Source: an uncultured Thermoplasmata archaeon
GTDB taxonomy: Archaea; Thermoplasmatota; Thermoplasmata; Halarchaeoplasmatales; Halarchaeoplasmataceae
DNA: 64,000 bases
Direction: 5' to 3'
Assembly: GCA_964462425.1 (NCBI GenBank)
Contig: CAYWYD010000003.1
Span: 5,918 to 69,917 of the forward strand
The notes under the pieces are model-generated. The model was not told the DNA's origin and did not search any database. It worked only from the letters and a program-made list of their open reading frames with translations. Below are positions 7,785 through 16,482 of the stretch, piece by piece (positions within the stretch are counted from its first letter, which is position 1; each line of letters starts with the position of its first letter). A program made the position numbers and the translations under genes.

Positions 7785-9578
7785 GTGGAATATATGAGAT
7801 GGCGAAAACTGCTGACGATGGTTCTAGCGGTTTCATTACTAGTTAATCTCTCCATCGTATTTGCTGTTCCTGCAGGTGGAGTGGACGGGGAAGAAACGAG
7901 AACCGACTCTAGGCCTGAAATAAAAGATCTGGGAGATACGCCGTGGCCGAGTTTTGGAAAAGATGAAAAGAATACGGGCTTGAGTTCTCACGATACAACT
8001 CGACTAGACGGCGCGGTAAAGTGGGCCTCCGAGACTCAAGGGAAGATCAAAAGTTCTCCCACCATCGGACCGGACGGGTCGATCTACTTCGGCTCGAACG
8101 ACAATAGGTTGTACGCTCTGAGACCCGACGGTATCCAGAAATGGAATTTTTGCACCTCGGGAGAAGTCCTCTCCTCACCAGCTATCGGAGCGAACGGCAA
8201 CATATATTTCGGTTCTACGGATGAAAATTTCTACTCTCTCACACCAGACGGAAGCTTGAGATGGAAGTTCGATACCGGCGAGTACAGCGTTCAAGGAGGT
8301 ATGATCGAATCTTCGCCCGTGATCGGACCGGACGGAACGATATATTTCGGGTGCTGGAACGGTAGATTGTATGCTCTTCACCAGAACGGCACGGCGAAGT
8401 GGAGTTTCAGAACCGGCGGACCGATCAAATCATCTTCTCCAGCTGTAGATTCCGACGGTACCGTCTATATCGGTTCTCACTCCGGCGGCCTTTATGCTGT
8501 AAATCCCAACGGGACTGAAAGATGGAGCTACTCCACGGGACAGGGAGTACATTCCTCACCGACCATCGGCCAGGACGGAACCATCTACGTGGGTTCAGAG
8601 GACGACAATTTTTACGCTGTGAATCCCGAAGGAACGGTCGAATGGAACTATACGACCGGGGATAACGTCCGGGCTTCGGCCGCTATAGGGCCGGACGGGA
8701 CGATCTACATAGGCTCTTTCGACTCGAATATGTACGCGTTCACAAAATCCGGTTCGTTGAAATGGTCCTTCGAATCCGATCATGCGATATATACCAATCC
8801 AGCTATCGGCGGCGAAGGGACCATCTACTTCGCTTCAGCCATGGGCACTATATATTCGCTCTATCCGAACGGGACGGAGAAGTGGTCTATAAAGGCTGAG
8901 GATTCCATCGGTTCTTCACCTTCTATAGGGTCTAACGGCAGGGTCTATATCGGTTCGTCCGACTCAAACCTGTACTCTATCGGAGCCGGCAAATCGGAAG
9001 AAAACCCTCCGGGCGAGCCTCAGAACCTCGAAGCCGCGGGAGGGGAAGACTACATCAAGCTCACATGGGACCCACCGGCCGACAAGGGCAGTTCTTTGAT
9101 AAAGGAATACAGGATCTATAGAGGAGCGAACCAAGCTGATATTATTCAATATGATGTCGTAGATGGGGCGAAAACTTCCTACAACGACACCGGTGTCCGA
9201 GAAGGGTCGACTTACCGCTACAAGGTCAGCGCGGTCAACGATGCAGGCGAAGGAGAATTGACCTCAGCGGTCGAGGAAACGGTCTCCACTAGTGATGACG
9301 GCGAACCCCCCGACGATGATGTTAGCGAAGAAGGATTTATGTCATCCTATTGGTGGTTGATACTGCTTCTTATAATAGGGATCATCGCCGCGGCCATATT
9401 CCTACTGTCCCGTAAGAGAGAAACCCCGGAAGAATCTCGAGGGACCTCTAGCGTAAGATCCGAATCGACCGAAAATCAGCGTAGACGGACTTCTAGAGGG
9501 ACGACCGCGTCTAGAGAGGAAACTTCAGAGGGTGTATACAGTGATGAAGGTGAGATACAACCTGAAGATGAGATATAG
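7785..9578 (+). CDS. Secreted/surface PQQ-type beta-propeller repeat protein with C-terminal FN3 domain, TM anchor and Ser/Arg-rich tail
   Basis: An N-terminal signal peptide is followed by about 8 repeats of the form IGxDGxIYxGSxDxxLYAxxPxGxxKW. Next comes an FN3 domain (PGEPQNLEAAGGEDYIKLTWDPP...TYRYKVSAVNDAGEGE), then the TM segment SYWWLILLLIIGIIAAAIFLL, then RKRETPEE... Confidence 0.7.
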   Translation: MEYMRWRKLLTMVLAVSLLVNLSIVFAVPAGGVDGEETRTDSRPEIKDLGDTPWPSFGKDEKNTGLSSHDTTRLDGAVKWASETQGKIKSSPTIGPDGSIYFGSNDNRLYALRPDGIQKWNFCTSGEVLSSPAIGANGNIYFGSTDENFYSLTPDGSLRWKFDTGEYSVQGGMIESSPVIGPDGTIYFGCWNGRLYALHQNGTAKWSFRTGGPIKSSSPAVDSDGTVYIGSHSGGLYAVNPNGTERWSYSTGQGVHSSPTIGQDGTIYVGSEDDNFYAVNPEGTVEWNYTTGDNVRASAAIGPDGTIYIGSFDSNMYAFTKSGSLKWSFESDHAIYTNPAIGGEGTIYFASAMGTIYSLYPNGTEKWSIKAEDSIGSSPSIGSNGRVYIGSSDSNLYSIGAGKSEENPPGEPQNLEAAGGEDYIKLTWDPPADKGSSLIKEYRIYRGANQADIIQYDVVDGAKTSYNDTGVREGSTYRYKVSAVNDAGEGELTSAVEETVSTSDDGEPPDDDVSEEGFMSSYWWLILLLIIGIIAAAIFLLSRKRETPEESRGTSSVRSESTENQRRRTSRGTTASREETSEGVYSDEGEIQPEDEI

Positions 9579-9668
9579 AGAAACAAGACAGCAAAAAAGA
9601 GTATCGCGGAGTGCAGAAAACAACTTAAAAGACAGGGTAGATGCTGAAGGTCAGAGAAGTGTATTAAG

Positions 9669-10619
9669 ATGTCATCGAAGAGTTTGAATATCAGAAAATT
9701 TGAAGAGACGGATTATCAGGAGATAGTGAGATTACAAAATGTGGTGTTTCCATGGATAAATTTGAGTGTCGAATCTTTAAAACACAGGGATGAAAATCGT
9801 GCTGAAAGATGTAAACATCAAAAGTATATAGCCGAACTGGACAGCGAAGTTATCGGTTACACCAGCTACTCGCAGTCCGAAGTGTCCTACGAACCCGGGA
9901 AGTTCAACATCAACGGAGTCATACATCCGGATCATCAGGGTGAAGGTTACGGCGCCGAGTTCTACCGATATCTCATGGACGAGCTGGAAGAACACGATCC
10001 TGAGGAATTGTGGTCTCACACGAAGGAGGGCAAAGAAAGAGCGATCAGATTCCTCGAAGATAGAGGCTTTCAGGAGATGAAGAGAGTTTGGGAGCTGGAA
10101 TTGGATGTAAATGAATTCGATGAAGGGTCCGCCCTTGAAAGAAACCTAGATGAGGAGGGTATCTCTCTGACCACGTTGGATGAGATAGGGACCAGCGAAG
10201 AGAATAAGAGAAAGTTCTACGAGGTGTTCGATAAAATAGCAGAGGACATCCCAGGGTCCGATCAATATACTGGCTTAGATTATGAGCAGTTCAAAAAGAT
10301 GATACTCGGTCGTCCTATCTTCTCTCCTGAATGCAGTGTTATAGCGGTGAAAGATAACAGGTTCATCGGTATGCTCACCCAATACTGGAACAAGGAAGAG
10401 AACGCTATCTATACCGGTCTCGGAGGGGTAAAGCGAGAACATAGGAGGAAAGGTATAGCTACGGCGATGATAGGAAAGGCCGTCGAGATAGCGGAAGAGA
10501 AAGGGGTCCCCAAGATAAAGACCGAAAGCGATAATGAGACCATGCTCCACATAATCGAGAACCTAGGGTTCGAGAAGAAACCGGGCATGATAGACTACAA
10601 GAAGACGGTTGAGAATTAA
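9669..10619 (+). CDS. Tandem GNAT-domain N-acetyltransferase
   Basis: There are two acetyl-CoA motif-A-like segments: HQGEGYGAEFYRYL and HRRKGIATAMIGKAVEIAEEKG. Confidence 0.7.
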   Translation: MSSKSLNIRKFEETDYQEIVRLQNVVFPWINLSVESLKHRDENRAERCKHQKYIAELDSEVIGYTSYSQSEVSYEPGKFNINGVIHPDHQGEGYGAEFYRYLMDELEEHDPEELWSHTKEGKERAIRFLEDRGFQEMKRVWELELDVNEFDEGSALERNLDEEGISLTTLDEIGTSEENKRKFYEVFDKIAEDIPGSDQYTGLDYEQFKKMILGRPIFSPECSVIAVKDNRFIGMLTQYWNKEENAIYTGLGGVKREHRRKGIATAMIGKAVEIAEEKGVPKIKTESDNETMLHIIENLGFEKKPGMIDYKKTVEN

Positions 10620-10683
10620 GGTCTCTTGGGATCAAAACGTAGGAGCAGTAAAGAAATCAAAAAATTCAGTTTTATCTTCCCGA

Positions 10684-11748
10684 TCACATCCCAGCCTTCT
10701 TCAACCTTGTCCGGACATTAGTCACTTTTCTATCGGATAGATTTGAGTCTTTCAATTTTTCTACATAGCTCGAGAAAAAACGTTCGTCCCTGGATTCCAA
10801 GACCTCGCCTATCCGGTCCCAGTACAGCTTGGAGATCCTCTGTGGAGCCTCTTTTACAAACTTGCCGAAGTATTCGGGGTACGTTTCGTAATTCACTGAA
10901 GAACTCTTTTTCCTGTTCAGCAAATCGTTGTATCTCGCCATGTATTTTTCCACGTTCTCTAACACGTGATGATAGCCCGTGAGAGCGTACTGATCCAAGA
11001 CTCTAGGACAGATGAGAACATACCTGAAATCCCAGTCGCTGTAAAGGCTCTTTTCGTGGTTGGTCAAAAGGAAGGCGGACTCTAGTCCTTTCACGACCTG
11101 ATTTAATCGATTTTTCCCATCGCCTTCGGCGCTCGTATCAGTTTCGAGTTTTGACTCAAAGAAAACGAAGACCTTTTTCTCAGGTATGATCAGTACAGCG
11201 TCGTACCGGACTTTACTGTATTTATCTGATATATCCAAAAAAGAAACGTTCCTTCTGCTCTTTTCTTCACCGCAGTGGACCGCTCCACAGGCCACTTCGA
11301 ATTCGAACAGTAGGATCTTTTTTGTCTTCTGAACTTGTCTCTTTTTCAAACCTAAATTCCTTCTGATCTTCGGTCGATCCCACAGAGCTCCTACCTTTTC
11401 CTCCACATATTTATCTTCAGCATCCTTGCCCTCGGAAAAACTTCGAAAAAAAGACTCCGACCACGAAGACCTTTTTGTGTTCTCTCTCGGCCGCTCCGGT
11501 AAAGAAGAGACCTGGCTCCAACTGTCTAGATTACCCAGCATGAAAAGCGTCAGGGCGGTCTCAGAATTGGGATTGAAGAAGCTGTCGGGATGTGAAGCGT
11601 CTTTTACCAATGCAGACTTTCTCTTTTCGGTTATCCCATACCAGAGGTTCCAATCCTCTTTTACAGAAGGTCGGTTCAGCAGAAGTTCCACCTGACCTTT
11701 TAAATGATTATCCATCTTCACCAACAAAGGACGACCCGTATAAAACAT
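10684..11748 (-). CDS. Hypothetical protein with a PD-(D/E)XK-like nuclease core (family unknown)
   Basis: FEFEVACG...YDAVLIIPEKKVFVFFESKLE gives E...D...ExK in nuclease-like spacing. No other motif was recognised. Confidence 0.3.
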   Translation of the reverse strand: MFYTGRPLLVKMDNHLKGQVELLLNRPSVKEDWNLWYGITEKRKSALVKDASHPDSFFNPNSETALTLFMLGNLDSWSQVSSLPERPRENTKRSSWSESFFRSFSEGKDAEDKYVEEKVGALWDRPKIRRNLGLKKRQVQKTKKILLFEFEVACGAVHCGEEKSRRNVSFLDISDKYSKVRYDAVLIIPEKKVFVFFESKLETDTSAEGDGKNRLNQVVKGLESAFLLTNHEKSLYSDWDFRYVLICPRVLDQYALTGYHHVLENVEKYMARYNDLLNRKKSSSVNYETYPEYFGKFVKEAPQRISKLYWDRIGEVLESRDERFFSSYVEKLKDSNLSDRKVTNVRTRLKKAGM

Positions 11749-11920
11749 TCAAAAAGGGAGGGAAAAGTGAAAGTAGGTTTTTAAGAACGCCTTAAGTCCC
11801 TCTTCTCGGAGCTAGATCCCGACCAGGGCTCCGGAGAGTCCCTGCAATCTCGGTTATTCTGCGTCTATATCGCAGTAGGCACCATCTTTCTATAACATAT
11901 CGGCGAGAACAGATCTAAGA

Positions 11921-12127
11921 TCAACTGATCAAATTCACGTTTATCGCTTTCAGGCCTCGACTAGTCTTTTTCGTCTCGAATTCCACCTTCTGTCCCTCGA
12001 TGACCTCTCCATCCGAGACTATCTCCGATCGATGGAAAAATATCTCATCGCCGGTCTCCTGGGACCTGATGAAACCATAGTTCTTTCCGCCGAACCAGAT
12101 CTTCACTCTTCCTCTTTCCATCGTCAA
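11921..12127 (-). CDS. csp: Cold-shock protein (CspA family, S1-like OB fold)
   Basis: GRVKIWFGGKNYGFIRSQETGDEIFFH matches the RNP1/RNP2 motifs of bacterial Csp. Length is 68 aa. Confidence 0.85.
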   Translation of the reverse strand: MTMERGRVKIWFGGKNYGFIRSQETGDEIFFHRSEIVSDGEVIEGQKVEFETKKTSRGLKAINVNLIS

Positions 12128-12245
12128 GATATCTTCTATCGACTTTTATAATCTTATCGTTTCACCCCGATAGTCGAAGAAGCATCTCTTTTTCTCGAAA
12201 AACTTTTATGATAAAGACACATATGTCTAATACGGAGGTCTGAAC

Positions 12246-12815
12246 ATGGAAGGTTTGAAAGGATTAGAAGGAAAGAAAGTTCTAACTAAAGATGGTAAGT
12301 TGACGGGAAAGGTGATCGATTTCACCTACCAGGGTGATAGAATAGAAAAGATCGTCCTCAAGATGAATAAAGACATTTTGGAGGACATCGGGGAAGAGAA
12401 GCCGATGCTGTCCTCGGTAAAAAGAGCACTAGAAATAGAGAAAATTAAGGCGGTCTCGGATAACGTGATATTACACAAGGAATTAGATGACCTACATCTA
12501 GATTTCGACGAGATCTCCGAGGATAACCTCCTATCAGCCATCAGAGGGCTACGGATAAATGACAGTGAAGGAAGAGACGTCGGTAAGGTGACCGATATAA
12601 TGGTAGATATCGAGGATTGGGGTACGCCGTCACTCCTGGTAAAGCTGAACAAAGATGTACTCGAACCTTTGGACATAGAAGGGTCTATGCTATCCAAAAC
12701 CGAACTGGAGATCTCTATGAGACACGTGGACGAGATCAGTGACTGGATAATGTTGGACAAATCGGCGGATCAGCTGGGAGATATAATCAAAAAGGAGCCG
12801 GTGAAGAAGCCGTAG
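12246..12815 (+). CDS. Tandem PRC-barrel domain protein
   Basis: There are two copies of a pattern like GKKVLTKDGKLTGKVIDF and GRDVGKVTDIMVDI. Confidence 0.55.
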   Translation: MEGLKGLEGKKVLTKDGKLTGKVIDFTYQGDRIEKIVLKMNKDILEDIGEEKPMLSSVKRALEIEKIKAVSDNVILHKELDDLHLDFDEISEDNLLSAIRGLRINDSEGRDVGKVTDIMVDIEDWGTPSLLVKLNKDVLEPLDIEGSMLSKTELEISMRHVDEISDWIMLDKSADQLGDIIKKEPVKKP

Positions 12816-12822
12816 GAACTTC

Positions 12823-13329
12823 TCAGACCAGTTTAAGACCCACCCAGTAGAATACCGCGAGGGTGATTATCCCTCTGAACGCGCCGGCGATGACGTTGAT
12901 TATGGTGAACCATTCTCTATCCATCCCCTCACCTTTTTCCTCCGGATTGAGCAGAGAAAAGAGATAAAGAGATATCGAGTCGATCATCAGAGGTGTACTC
13001 AGAACCACTAGAAGACCGTAATAGCCGTACTTCTTTACGAACCATTCACAATACTCTATGATCTTTTTGATGAACCTGTTCTTCGTGGAAGTGTAACTCT
13101 TTAGTTTTTTCCTAGCGGAAGTACTGATCTCGAAGACGATGAAACCTCCGATACCTTTCCCTAGCGCGAGTATCGAGATCAGAATGACCGGATGGATATG
13201 GTAATTGAAAAGCCCTATCTCCACCGGTATCGGGAGTATTACAGCGGCTAAGATAGCATAGATAAGGAAAAGGATCGAATAGGCCAATGGATTAGTGGCT
13301 AAACCCGTCAATATTCCGATCAGGTCCAT
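12823..13329 (-). CDS. Small membrane protein, DedA/VTT(YqaA)-like
   Basis: 168 aa with about 4 TM segments. The loop reads ARKKLKSYTSTKNRF... and the ends are hydrophobic. Confidence 0.35.
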   Translation of the reverse strand: MDLIGILTGLATNPLAYSILFLIYAILAAVILPIPVEIGLFNYHIHPVILISILALGKGIGGFIVFEISTSARKKLKSYTSTKNRFIKKIIEYCEWFVKKYGYYGLLVVLSTPLMIDSISLYLFSLLNPEEKGEGMDREWFTIINVIAGAFRGIITLAVFYWVGLKLV

Positions 13330-13427
13330 CAGTGGAAAAAATTAGAGAGAGGTTAAAAGAATTTTTGTCTCGGTCCTATGATCATCACACCTAACACTTA
13401 TAAACATTAGAACCTATTTAGATAGAT

Positions 13428-13931
13428 ATGTCACCTTCAAGAGACGTGGTTATCGAAAGCATCGACGAACTAGGATCTCTTCTAGCGAGGACATACTGGA
13501 TAGAGGAGGAGTTCGAGGGAGTAACGCAGTGGGAAGCTTATACCTCGGTAGAAGACAAATATAAGGAACTTCTTTTCAGACTATCTCACGAATCCGAAGG
13601 GCATAAAGAATTGCTGAAAAAATTGATCTCGAACCTCGAAGGTTTGGATATGGAAACGATCAAGCAAAATTCTCAAGCTCGCGAGGCTGTCAAATTCAAA
13701 AAATACTCTCAAGATATAGAGATACTGCAAGAAGTATATGAGAACGATGAGTTGGCTCTAGACCTCTATTCGAAGATCCATTCGAAGACCTCGCGAGAAT
13801 TTATCGAGAAAATGTGGGAAGGGGACGATCCCGATGAATTTTTCCAAATACTTTCCGAGATCATCGAAGAAGAGAAAGAACATATCGCGTCAGTAGGTGA
13901 ATTTGCCCAAAAGCTTGGCCGAGTCAAGTGA
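13428..13931 (+). CDS. Ferritin-like/rubrerythrin-like di-iron four-helix-bundle protein
   Basis: Two E...ExxH pairs are present: WIEEEFEG...SHESEGHKELL and VYENDELALDLY...EEEKEHIASV. Confidence 0.4.
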   Translation: MSPSRDVVIESIDELGSLLARTYWIEEEFEGVTQWEAYTSVEDKYKELLFRLSHESEGHKELLKKLISNLEGLDMETIKQNSQAREAVKFKKYSQDIEILQEVYENDELALDLYSKIHSKTSREFIEKMWEGDDPDEFFQILSEIIEEEKEHIASVGEFAQKLGRVK

Positions 13932-13993
13932 ATTCCAAAAACTAAGATTAAATTTATTAGCGACGAGAACTTTCACCCATACGGGGTTAAAAC

Positions 13994-14638
13994 ATGACTG
14001 AGATCGAAAGGATAGGACATTCCTCCGTAAGTATCGAAACCGACGATAAAAATATCTACATCGACCCGTTCTACACCGAATCGATGCGCAACGAAGTGAA
14101 AGATTTTTACGATAATGCGGGGAAGGCCGACGTCCTTCTCATAACGCACGAACACCACGACCACTGCGATCCCTCGACTTTTCAGAAGCTGTTGAGTGAA
14201 GATACCAAAATCGTAGCACCTGAGGACTGCTCGGACAAGATTGAGAGGGAGTTCATCGACGTTAAACCCGGAGACACTGTGGACCTAGACGGCGTGGAGT
14301 TAAAAGCGGTCCACGCTTATAACCAGAAAAGAACGAGAGATTCCGGTGAACCGTTTCACCCAAAAGGGGAAGGAGTCGGCTATCTGATCTCTTCCGAAGG
14401 AAAAACGATCTATCATCCTGGAGACACCGAAAATATTCCGGAGATGGAAGATCTAGAAGAGATACACACAGCTTTTTTACCTATAGACGGGACTTACACC
14501 ATGGACATCGACGAGGCGGTGCAAGCGGCTAAAGTGATCGAACCCGAAGTCGTCATCCCCTTCCATGAGAGAGACGTCGATCCGAAAAAATTCAAAGATA
14601 GGTTGGAAAAGGAAACGGATATAGAAGTTAAACGATGA
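13994..14638 (+). CDS. Metallo-beta-lactamase-fold hydrolase
   Basis: LLITHEHHDHCD is the HxHxDH metal-binding motif. ...HPGDTE... lies downstream. Confidence 0.7.
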   Translation: MTEIERIGHSSVSIETDDKNIYIDPFYTESMRNEVKDFYDNAGKADVLLITHEHHDHCDPSTFQKLLSEDTKIVAPEDCSDKIEREFIDVKPGDTVDLDGVELKAVHAYNQKRTRDSGEPFHPKGEGVGYLISSEGKTIYHPGDTENIPEMEDLEEIHTAFLPIDGTYTMDIDEAVQAAKVIEPEVVIPFHERDVDPKKFKDRLEKETDIEVKR

Positions 14639-14681
14639 AGTAAACACCACTTCTTTAGATGTACCGCTCCCACCTCAGACA

Positions 14682-15149
14682 CTACCGCGATTTCAACTCT
14701 TCGAATACCGCTTCCAGGTTCTCTCCGGTCTCTTCGACGATCTCCTTCCACTCCTCGTTATCCGGCGCGACACCCAACAGTCTAGCGACCTTCATTATAG
14801 AGATATGATAAACGGTCTGAACTCCCGGTTCTTCTTCCCAAACGACCATGTTGCAGGGGAAGAGTCCTCCCATCTTTATCGTCTGGTCTAGAGCTCTATC
14901 CGCCACCTCCGCGTTGCAGGCGCCGAGCACGTAATAGGGATCGCGGTCCGCGTCCACTTTTTTATTCAGAACTTCGGAGGGCGAGAACTCCACCAGGATG
15001 CCGAAGCCGTTCTTTTCACAGACTTCTCTCACTAACTCGATAGCCTCCTCGTGCTCCATCTCCAGTGTAGCGGTCTTCTCCCCTCTATCTTCGGGATCGA
15101 AAACGGTCGGATCTATCTTCAGATCCATCTCGACCTCACCTGCTGACAT
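14682..15149 (-). CDS. DUF302-family protein
   Basis: VLGACNAEVA...GLFPCNMVVWEE matches the conserved DUF302 core. Confidence 0.55.
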   Translation of the reverse strand: MSAGEVEMDLKIDPTVFDPEDRGEKTATLEMEHEEAIELVREVCEKNGFGILVEFSPSEVLNKKVDADRDPYYVLGACNAEVADRALDQTIKMGGLFPCNMVVWEEEPGVQTVYHISIMKVARLLGVAPDNEEWKEIVEETGENLEAVFEELKSR

Positions 15150-15579
15150 TCACGTCTACGCCTTTCTCCAGAGTGCTATCTACCGGGCATCTTTTCTCTA
15201 TAGTCTCTAAAAATTTCGATATCTCTTCTTCGGGCACGCCTTCTACCTTTGTAACTTTCACTCGGATCTCCTGGAAACCGGGGGAAACGTCCGCTTCACC
15301 TTTGACTCCTCGGGGATCTAGATCACCCTCGATCTCGAGTTGGAAATCTTCTAGTGCATACCCCATCTGTTTCGCGACTATCGTTCCGGTAAAATCGAGA
15401 CAGGCGCCGAGCGACCCCAACATGACTTCGACTGGATTCGGACCTTTGTTCGTTCCACCTAGCCTTTCCGGTTCATCTATGGTGATCGAAAAATCCCTTA
15501 TCTGGATCTCGGATTCGAATCCTCCCTTTTTCTCGAGCAGAGCTTCATAAGTGTTCATATTTTTGCTTTTTTCACCCAT
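15136..15579 (-). CDS. OsmC/Ohr-family peroxiredoxin-like protein
   Basis: GGTNKGPNPVEVMLGSLGACL and the C-terminal ...IEKRCPVDSTL are OsmC hallmarks. It overlaps the DUF302 gene by 14 bp on the same strand. Confidence 0.75.
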   Translation of the reverse strand: MGEKSKNMNTYEALLEKKGGFESEIQIRDFSITIDEPERLGGTNKGPNPVEVMLGSLGACLDFTGTIVAKQMGYALEDFQLEIEGDLDPRGVKGEADVSPGFQEIRVKVTKVEGVPEEEISKFLETIEKRCPVDSTLEKGVDVNVSR

Positions 15580-15757
15580 ATTATCACTATAAGGTATAAG
15601 GGGGTTATCTAATAAAGTTGTGGGATGAGAGAAACCGTTAGTTATACCTGAAAACTGCTTTCAAAAAAGCTTTCAAATCTGATGAAAACGGAAAGAAGCG
15701 CCGTTAAAAATTCAAACTGACTTTTTAACGGCCTTCCAAATCCTCCATTTATCTCTA

Positions 15758-15958
15758 CTAGCTGCTCGAATCACAAGCTCCATTCTCAACATTTACCAGG
15801 TATCTATCGATGGACTCTAAAAGATGATGATCTTCCTCAAGAGAATCATCCGTCTCGCACACCTCTTTAGCACGATCTAAAGATTCCAAGAAGTCTCTAC
15901 ACTGGTAGTCGGGCATGGTGTCCGGTAAACCAAGAAGTACGAGCTCTCTGTCTAACAT
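15758..15958 (-). CDS. Small acidic hypothetical protein (66 aa)
   Basis: Its start overlaps the stop of 15958..16371 by 1 nt. It contains Cys residues (QCRDF...EVCE...GACD). Confidence 0.25.
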   Translation of the reverse strand: MLDRELVLLGLPDTMPDYQCRDFLESLDRAKEVCETDDSLEEDHHLLESIDRYLVNVENGACDSSS

Positions 15959-16371
15959 TATGACCCCTCCTTTCTTTCGGTGATAGTTTCTACTATGCGA
16001 TTCGTTTTGAAATCGTCACAACTTTCCATCAAACGGCCCTCACAAGTGGCGCAAAAACCCGCATCCCTTCCAGTCATCACATCTTCGTTTTCCGCTAGCA
16101 GGGACCTTGCCTCCTTTTCTGCGAGTTTAAGAGACGAGTAATCTATGGTATGGCATCCGGGTACCTCTTTCTCTCCGATTTCCAGTAAAAAGTATGCATC
16201 GGTCCCACGGCTTTCTCTTTTAAAGATACCGATCCTCCTATCATCTTTCTTTAACACTTTGAGAGGTTCCAAAAGTGATTCTCTTTCAACCTTTTCTTCT
16301 CCAAACTCCTCCAGTCCGGAGTCTTCGAAACCCGCATTTGTCCGCCTTTTCCCCTTCATTTCCGTTGACAT
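15958..16371 (-). CDS. Hypothetical protein with Cys motifs (PGCHT...CATCEG...SCDDF)
   Basis: 137 aa with no family recognised. It may bind metal or form an Fe-S centre. Confidence 0.3.
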   Translation of the reverse strand: MSTEMKGKRRTNAGFEDSGLEEFGEEKVERESLLEPLKVLKKDDRRIGIFKRESRGTDAYFLLEIGEKEVPGCHTIDYSSLKLAEKEARSLLAENEDVMTGRDAGFCATCEGRLMESCDDFKTNRIVETITERKEGS

Positions 16372-16482
16372 CTTTTTTACCTCTCTGTATAGTATATTGT
16401 ACTCGCACCTATTACATACTTGTAGAAAATCGACAGCGTTATCACTTTTCGATATATATTTTAGATATAACTATATAGAAAA

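Noticed and set aside
15500-15525. GGATTCGAATCC, a tRNA T-loop-like sequence
   Set aside because: It lies inside the OsmC coding sequence. The flanks do not form a T-arm stem or any acceptor or anticodon arm.
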